DNA of 64,000 nucleotides from an uncultured Rickettsiales bacterium (GTDB lineage Bacteria; Pseudomonadota; Alphaproteobacteria; Rickettsiales; UBA1997): NCBI GenBank assembly GCA_944391075.1, contig CALXSG010000003.1, positions 22,767 to 86,766 of the forward strand, read 5' to 3'. Shown piece by piece: positions 60,001 to 64,000 of this stretch (position 1 is its first letter; each line of letters starts with the position of its first letter). The notes under the pieces were generated by a model. It saw only the letters and a program-made list of their open reading frames with translations, ran no database searches and was not told where the DNA came from. The position numbers and the translations under genes were made by a program.

Positions 60001-60194
60001 TACCTATGACATTAGCTATGGCTTGGGGGCTTACCAGTGGAACAATAGTTTCATTAATTTGGATACCTGCTGCTTATGCTATAATTGAAGATTTTAATAG
60101 AATGCTTAGAAAAACAAAAGTAGGTATGTACTTCTATAAAAAGAGATTAAAAGCTAAAAGAGCTAAGCAAAAAGAAAGAAGTTATACAAAATAA
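57030..60194 (+). CDS. RND-family efflux transporter (AcrB/AcrD/AcrF superfamily)
   Basis: 1054 aa. It has the 12-TM duplicated architecture with two large periplasmic loops and typical TM4/TM10 regions (LGMLVDNSIVISEN; GLAGIVVNVGIVLISFIDE). Confidence 0.85.
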   Translation: MKKIIKFFIDNYKLTWILTLITVLAGVAGFSLILRERTPTVDLGTVKINTFYYGATAEEIESEITKKIEDELRGIKGLKDVKSVSQSNQSMITIRIDIDNYDQDDVTDDIQTAVDRVTDLPANIDDLPEVIEINTEEFAVMKLAILGNNDNRQRDAFAEYLVDEIEDVNGVLEVEETGYAEREFSVMLNAPKMEELYVGVSEVVDALSKRNVNFPAGNLKSHENQGIVRLDSKALNAEELENTLIRSNFNGQKIYLKDIATVLDGKKELDVITTYNGQDATFLEVKKKGGYDSIKLVEQINKKIDDAEKRYGNKFEVVRYYDEAIKVQQKFDVIKSNVISGVLIVLFFMLIFLPGKVGIMATMSMPFCFLVMLGLMPSLGINLHSISMLAMVIALGMLVDNSIVISENFVRLRKEGFTSKEAALESTYQVWLPVTATALTTIFAFLPMLLTKGVIGKFITSIPIIVSLTLAISILEALFLLPTRLVAVGGSVLKKKSANKARESNTDWFDKVADKFEKLTLYFIRHRYFTLVLFIICIVLSGIFISMNKFILFPAEHVERYQVTYYGKLGDSLEKMNENSIRLANDIMNTLGDDVKYITAFTGRSGNLNLTDTLQQNNHSAEMIIEVTYDASRRLNHYEVLEKLRNMDTSYLEKVSFVTESAGPPSGKAVEVSFRGNEFEDIYKAINVVKEKASKVDGIIDIEYDDYQNDDEIAIKPDYEVLARLGLTSTDVGNTIRASLEGIPITSITLNNREFDIKVRYADEYKQTEEDIKNLKIRDAKGNLIPLYKVAKVERKEGPRMINRYNFKRSITFKANVDETKITAIEANNLIQKFFNEIKDDNPNVNIVFTGEKESTDESFESLAIAMQFALVAIFAILVFMTNSYAKPLLIMTSIPLGLLGFAVAFYLHAKPVSFLAMIGIVGLAGIVVNVGIVLISFIDEMRKHSTMPLEEILAKSSRMRLRAVTVSTLTTICGLLPTAYGIGGTDDDLVPMTLAMAWGLTSGTIVSLIWIPAAYAIIEDFNRMLRKTKVGMYFYKKRLKAKRAKQKERSYTK

Positions 60195-60219
60195 TTAGAA
60201 GTATATTTTTACAAATAAA

Positions 60220-60252
60220 ATTAGTACTCTTAAATGGGTACTAATTTTTTTT
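60220..60252 (+). terminator. intrinsic terminator of the RND gene
   Basis: attagtac-tcttaaatgg-gtactaat followed by ttttttt. Confidence 0.7.
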
Positions 60253-60328
60253 ATTATTTATAAATAATTTCTTGTTTTTTAATTATTTTACAATATTTTA
60301 TTATGTGTTATTTATTAAAGAAAAATGT

Positions 60329-62533
60329 ATGGATTATTTTATTAAAAATATTTTTTTTGTCTATTTGCAATTTATTGCAAAATTCATCATATTTTCTTTA
60401 TTTGTTGTAAAAATATTATTTGCTGAGGAAACTACGACTATCAAATCTAATAAAATAAATAAAAAGGAAGACAATATTATAACAGCCATTGGTGATGTTG
60501 AAATAAAAAGGGGTGAACATATTTTAAATGCTGAAGAAGTAGAATATAACCAAGAAACAAAACAAATAAAAACAAACTCAAGTGTTAGAATATATAACAC
60601 TAAAGATAAAAGTATATTTTTTTCGGAAACTGCATTAATAAATGATGATTTAATTAATGCTGATTTTTATAACGGTTTAATGATATTCAATGATGGTTCT
60701 AGTATTTTAAGTCCGCATATGAGTAGAAGTGATGAAAAAATTATTAATATGCAAGATACAGAATACAGAGTATGTCCTACTGATTTATATGATGAAGATT
60801 TAACATATGAAAAAGCTATTGAAGAACTAAATAATCAAAGAATTCCATTATTTTCATTAAAAAGTTATAAAGCTACAGCTGATACCGATGAAAAAACGTT
60901 AAAGTTAGTTGGTACTTCTTTCTGGTTCTGGAAAATTCCGTTCTTTTTTATGCCATATTTAAAGACCAGTTATGATTATAATGTTAATCTAAATGGTTTT
61001 GGTAGTCCAAAATTAGAAAAAAACAGTCGTTATGGTTATGGTATCAGTATTCCTTATAAAATAATTACTGATAATCAAAATTTTAGAATTACACCAAAAG
61101 TGTATACTAAGGATAATTTTTTAACTAACATAAAATATGGTATTAATTCTAATAATAATAGATGGTCCTTAAATTTTGATGGAGATATAGCTAATGATAA
61201 TGGACAATCAAAAGATTTAACTAATGCCTATGGAGTAACAGAAGAAGCAGAAGGCGATTATAAAAGATGGAGAGGTTATTTTGCATCTAATGGTTTTTTT
61301 GATATCAATAATTTATGGAAAATTGATTATAACGGAAAAATTGTTAGTGATAGATATTATTTAAGAGATTATTATAATGATAGTAATGAATATATACAAA
61401 GTTATATTAATTTAACAAGAGTTAATACAAATGATTTGTATGACTTTAATACGTTCCAATTTATAAATTTATTTTATCAAGATTTATTAGAATATAATGG
61501 TATTAACAATCCTCGATATGCACCGGTTACAAACTTGAATCTTCAAGACTATATTATAAAAAAAGATAATAGTAATTTAATTTACAAAGTTCAAACTAAT
61601 ACTACAAATTTGTTTAGAGTACACGGTTTGCAATATAATAGATTTACCTTAATGCCTAGTTTAAATTACATGCAAAATGGTGTTTTTGGAACTATAAATT
61701 CAAGTTTTCAATTAATTGGTGACTCATATTTTATAAACAATAGCGATATTATTCGCGATAAAAGAGAGTATGGAAAAAATGAAAATATACTTACACCTCA
61801 ATTTAATTTAGAGTGGAGAAAATCTTTTATATTTAATAATATTTTAATACAGCCAATAATAAAATATTCTGTTAGTCCACATAGTACTGACTTTTCAAAC
61901 GAAATTCCTAATGAAGATGTACAAACTCATCTTTTGAGTTTTGAAAATATTTTTTCAAATAATAGATATTATGGTTATGATAGAAGAGAAGTTGGAAATA
62001 GGATTACATATGGTTTTGAAAGTATTATATTTAATAATTTAACCTTTGGTATGGCACAAGGCTATAAAGATAATTTACTAGATGATGAATATTTAATTGG
62101 TTTTGATGATAATGTTTCTGATTATGTTGGTTATGCATCTTATATGCTAAATAATAATTTAGATATTTATTATAAATTTTTATTAGATAGAGAAAATTTA
62201 GATTTAAAAGGTGAAGAATTAACTGCTAATTTTAATTATAAAATTTTAAATTTATATTTAACTTATGTAAATATAAGACCTACATTAAATGGTATAAATA
62301 AACAAAAACAAATAAAATCAAATTTATCTTTATCTTTATATGATAATTGGAAAATAAAATTGTCTGGTGTTTTGGATCTTGAACATGATAATAGATTATT
62401 GGAGAGTGAAGTTGGTTTAATTTATGATGGTGGTTGTACTATGTGGGAGCTTGTTTATAGCAATTCTAATCCTTTAACTGAAACAGAAAAAAGTAATTCT
62501 ATTAATTTTAATTTTGTTATTAAATTCTTATAA
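60329..62533 (+). CDS. lptD: LPS-assembly outer-membrane protein LptD
   Basis: N-terminal OstA-like domain (ITAIGDVEIKRGEHILNAEEVEYNQETKQIKTNSSVRIY), a large beta-barrel, and the C-terminus ...INFNFVIKFL. The ATG at 60329 is preferred over the track's TTG at 60272. Confidence 0.8.
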   Translation: MDYFIKNIFFVYLQFIAKFIIFSLFVVKILFAEETTTIKSNKINKKEDNIITAIGDVEIKRGEHILNAEEVEYNQETKQIKTNSSVRIYNTKDKSIFFSETALINDDLINADFYNGLMIFNDGSSILSPHMSRSDEKIINMQDTEYRVCPTDLYDEDLTYEKAIEELNNQRIPLFSLKSYKATADTDEKTLKLVGTSFWFWKIPFFFMPYLKTSYDYNVNLNGFGSPKLEKNSRYGYGISIPYKIITDNQNFRITPKVYTKDNFLTNIKYGINSNNNRWSLNFDGDIANDNGQSKDLTNAYGVTEEAEGDYKRWRGYFASNGFFDINNLWKIDYNGKIVSDRYYLRDYYNDSNEYIQSYINLTRVNTNDLYDFNTFQFINLFYQDLLEYNGINNPRYAPVTNLNLQDYIIKKDNSNLIYKVQTNTTNLFRVHGLQYNRFTLMPSLNYMQNGVFGTINSSFQLIGDSYFINNSDIIRDKREYGKNENILTPQFNLEWRKSFIFNNILIQPIIKYSVSPHSTDFSNEIPNEDVQTHLLSFENIFSNNRYYGYDRREVGNRITYGFESIIFNNLTFGMAQGYKDNLLDDEYLIGFDDNVSDYVGYASYMLNNNLDIYYKFLLDRENLDLKGEELTANFNYKILNLYLTYVNIRPTLNGINKQKQIKSNLSLSLYDNWKIKLSGVLDLEHDNRLLESEVGLIYDGGCTMWELVYSNSNPLTETEKSNSINFNFVIKFL

Positions 62534-62554
62534 AAATTTTTGTAAAAATATTAT

Positions 62555-64000
62555 TTATTTGATATCTATTACGCCTTGAATACTTCTTGATGAAGCTTTA
62601 AAATTATTTAGTTCGTCTACATCTTTCACTTCAATTTTTAATTCTATTTCTTGATATACATCAGACTCATTGATTGTAGATATACCAATTATATTGATTT
62701 TTTTCTCAGCACAAAGGTTAACAACTTTTGCTAAAATTCCTGGTTTACTGTCTAATATAAGATTAATTTTTGCTACGTATTTAGTATCATTTGATATATT
62801 CCATTCAAGATCAATAATTCTATCTGCTTGTATGGTTTTTAATGTTTGACAATTCTTTCTGTGTACCGTGATACCAATTCCATTATTTACAACACCAACA
62901 ATTTCTTCTGGTGGAACAGGATAGCAACATTTTGCGTATTTATATGCAATATTTTTGTCTAGACCTGCAATACCTTGCTGATTGTTTGTGGTATGCATTC
63001 TAATTTTCATTATTCTTTTATTATCAAAGGCTTCTTCTTTTGTTTTTGTTTTTTCAAATTCTGGGAATAATGTTTTTATAAAGTCTTTCTTTTTTATTTT
63101 GTCTTGTGCTATTAAAGCATATATTTCTGTAACATTTTTTCCTTTATTAAATTTTTGTAAATTTTTTTCTATTAAATCATCATTGATATTTAAATTAAAC
63201 TCCTTTGCTAAATTTTCAACTTCATGTCGTCCTAACTCTTCAAATTCTTTTTGTCTTGAATTTCTAATAAATGCTTTGATTTCAGCTTTTGCTTTTGTTG
63301 TTTTAACTAATGATAACCATTCTTCACGTACCTGTGGAGTTTTTGATGTTAAGATTTCTATTTCATCACCACTCTTTAATGGAGTTTTATATTGGCTTAA
63401 TATTCCATTAATTTTTACACCTGAGCAATTATTACCAACTTCTCTATGAATAGCATAAGCAAAGTCCAAACCTGTTGAACCAATAGGTAAATTAATTATA
63501 TCACCAAGTGGTGTATAGCAGAAGATTTCATCTTCATAAATTTCATATTTTAAATCTTCAAAATTTTCTATTGAATAATCATTGTTTTCAAGATTTTGTA
63601 CTAATTGTTTTAAATAATTATATTCTTCTAAATATTTGTCGCTTTTTAGATTTTGCTTGTATAACCAATGCGAAGCAATACCGTATTCAGCCACCTTGTT
63701 CATATCCTCTGTTCGTATTTGAATTTCTATTTTTACATTCTTCGGTCCAATAATAACAATATGAATTGATTGATAGCCGTTTGCTTTTGGTCTACTAATA
63801 TAATCTTTAAATGTGTCAGGAACAACAATGTAGTTTGTACTAACACAACCAAGAACTTTATAACATTCTTGCACATCTTCTACAATTACTCTAAAAGCAA
63901 TAATATCTAATAATTTTTCAAATGATACTGATTTTCTTTTCATTTTTTTCCATATAGAATATGGTCTTTTTGTTCGGCCAAAAATTCTACATTTTATTTT
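62555..64000 (-). CDS. spoT: bifunctional (p)ppGpp synthetase/hydrolase RelA/SpoT homologue, 3' portion (continues beyond the window end)
   Basis: Synthetase-domain motifs (GRTKRPYSIWKKM.., DIIAFRVIV, GYQSIHIVI, IEIQIRT..M...AEYGIASHWLYK), a TGS domain (FCYTPLGDIINLP.GSTGLDFAYAIH) and an ACT domain at the C-terminus. The frame remains open upstream of the track's Met to nt 64000. Confidence 0.85.
   Translation of the reverse strand, partial: KIKCRIFGRTKRPYSIWKKMKRKSVSFEKLLDIIAFRVIVEDVQECYKVLGCVSTNYIVVPDTFKDYISRPKANGYQSIHIVIIGPKNVKIEIQIRTEDMNKVAEYGIASHWLYKQNLKSDKYLEEYNYLKQLVQNLENNDYSIENFEDLKYEIYEDEIFCYTPLGDIINLPIGSTGLDFAYAIHREVGNNCSGVKINGILSQYKTPLKSGDEIEILTSKTPQVREEWLSLVKTTKAKAEIKAFIRNSRQKEFEELGRHEVENLAKEFNLNINDDLIEKNLQKFNKGKNVTEIYALIAQDKIKKKDFIKTLFPEFEKTKTKEEAFDNKRIMKIRMHTTNNQQGIAGLDKNIAYKYAKCCYPVPPEEIVGVVNNGIGITVHRKNCQTLKTIQADRIIDLEWNISNDTKYVAKINLILDSKPGILAKVVNLCAEKKINIIGISTINESDVYQEIELKIEVKDVDELNNFKASSRSIQGVIDIK

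Noticed and set aside
1881-63753. About 30 short ORFs (60-155 aa) on the strand opposite to, or out of frame within, well-supported genes. Examples are 1881..2111, 4502..4708, 8437..8724, 9013..9342, 14794..15198, 20811..21065, 33065..33358, 39441..39797, 43041..43391, 48951..49325, 51361..51555 and 62982..63449.
   Set aside because: These are shadow ORFs, typical of AT-rich or low-complexity coding regions. Their composition is low-complexity S/L/F/I-rich. Each is fully contained in a gene with clear family motifs.
1-64000. Possibility of a reassigned genetic code (e.g. UGA=Trp), given the extreme AT content.
   Set aside because: All housekeeping genes translate full-length with the standard code. 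Trp positions in conserved motifs are TGG, and I saw no conserved gene interrupted by in-frame TGA.

Overview
This is a very AT-rich, gene-dense chromosomal window. The proteins are rich in K, N and I, and several carry low-complexity acidic or basic extensions. All calls below were made by eye from motifs; no searches were run.

The gene content suggests a reduced, host-associated alphaproteobacterium of the Rickettsiales/Holosporales type. This is an inference from an IalB-like protein, a SPOR protein, a HemY-like TPR protein with a zinc ribbon, a giant VirB6/TrbL-like protein and a stand-alone tRNA-Ile(GAU).

I support about 47 CDS:
- Housekeeping: engB, serS, ruvC, mrcA, xseA, glmS, glmM, recG, holB, rarA, rpoD, dnaG, nusA, infB, dus, mltG, rsmG, spoT/relA (partial).
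- Envelope: lpxA, lpxC, lptD, an RND pump, a beta-barrel OMP.
- Metabolism and other: malic enzyme, rubrerythrin, an ArgR-like regulator, a PilB/GspE ATPase.

There are also three tRNAs (Leu-UAA, Ile-GAU, Ser-GGA), several intrinsic terminators, and two GC-rich repeat junkyards (about 21.47-22.85 kb and 35.0-36.3 kb).

Most noteworthy observations:
1. Two convergent paralogous type IV pilin-like genes each carry a 10-nt C/G homopolymer inside the 5' coding region. Each tract uncouples the only upstream ATG from the pilin frame. A +1 change in one gene and a -1 change in the other restores a reading frame, and the leader is exactly 51 aa in both. This looks like slipped-strand phase variation.
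2. A decayed IS200/IS605-like element retains only the first ~37 codons of a Y1 tnpA. It is otherwise filled with a tandem array of hairpin modules joined by an identical 24-nt linker. An internally deleted, MITE-like copy lies 12 kb away.
3. An orphan 2093-aa VirB6/TrbL-like protein with a ~1300-aa coiled-coil tail sits next to tRNA-Leu.
4. A truncated LpxC paralogue lacks the zinc ligands.
5. A 455-aa orphan protein has an H..D..C spacing reminiscent of CE-clan (Ulp1-like) peptidases.

I saw no CRISPR array, defence island or rRNA.
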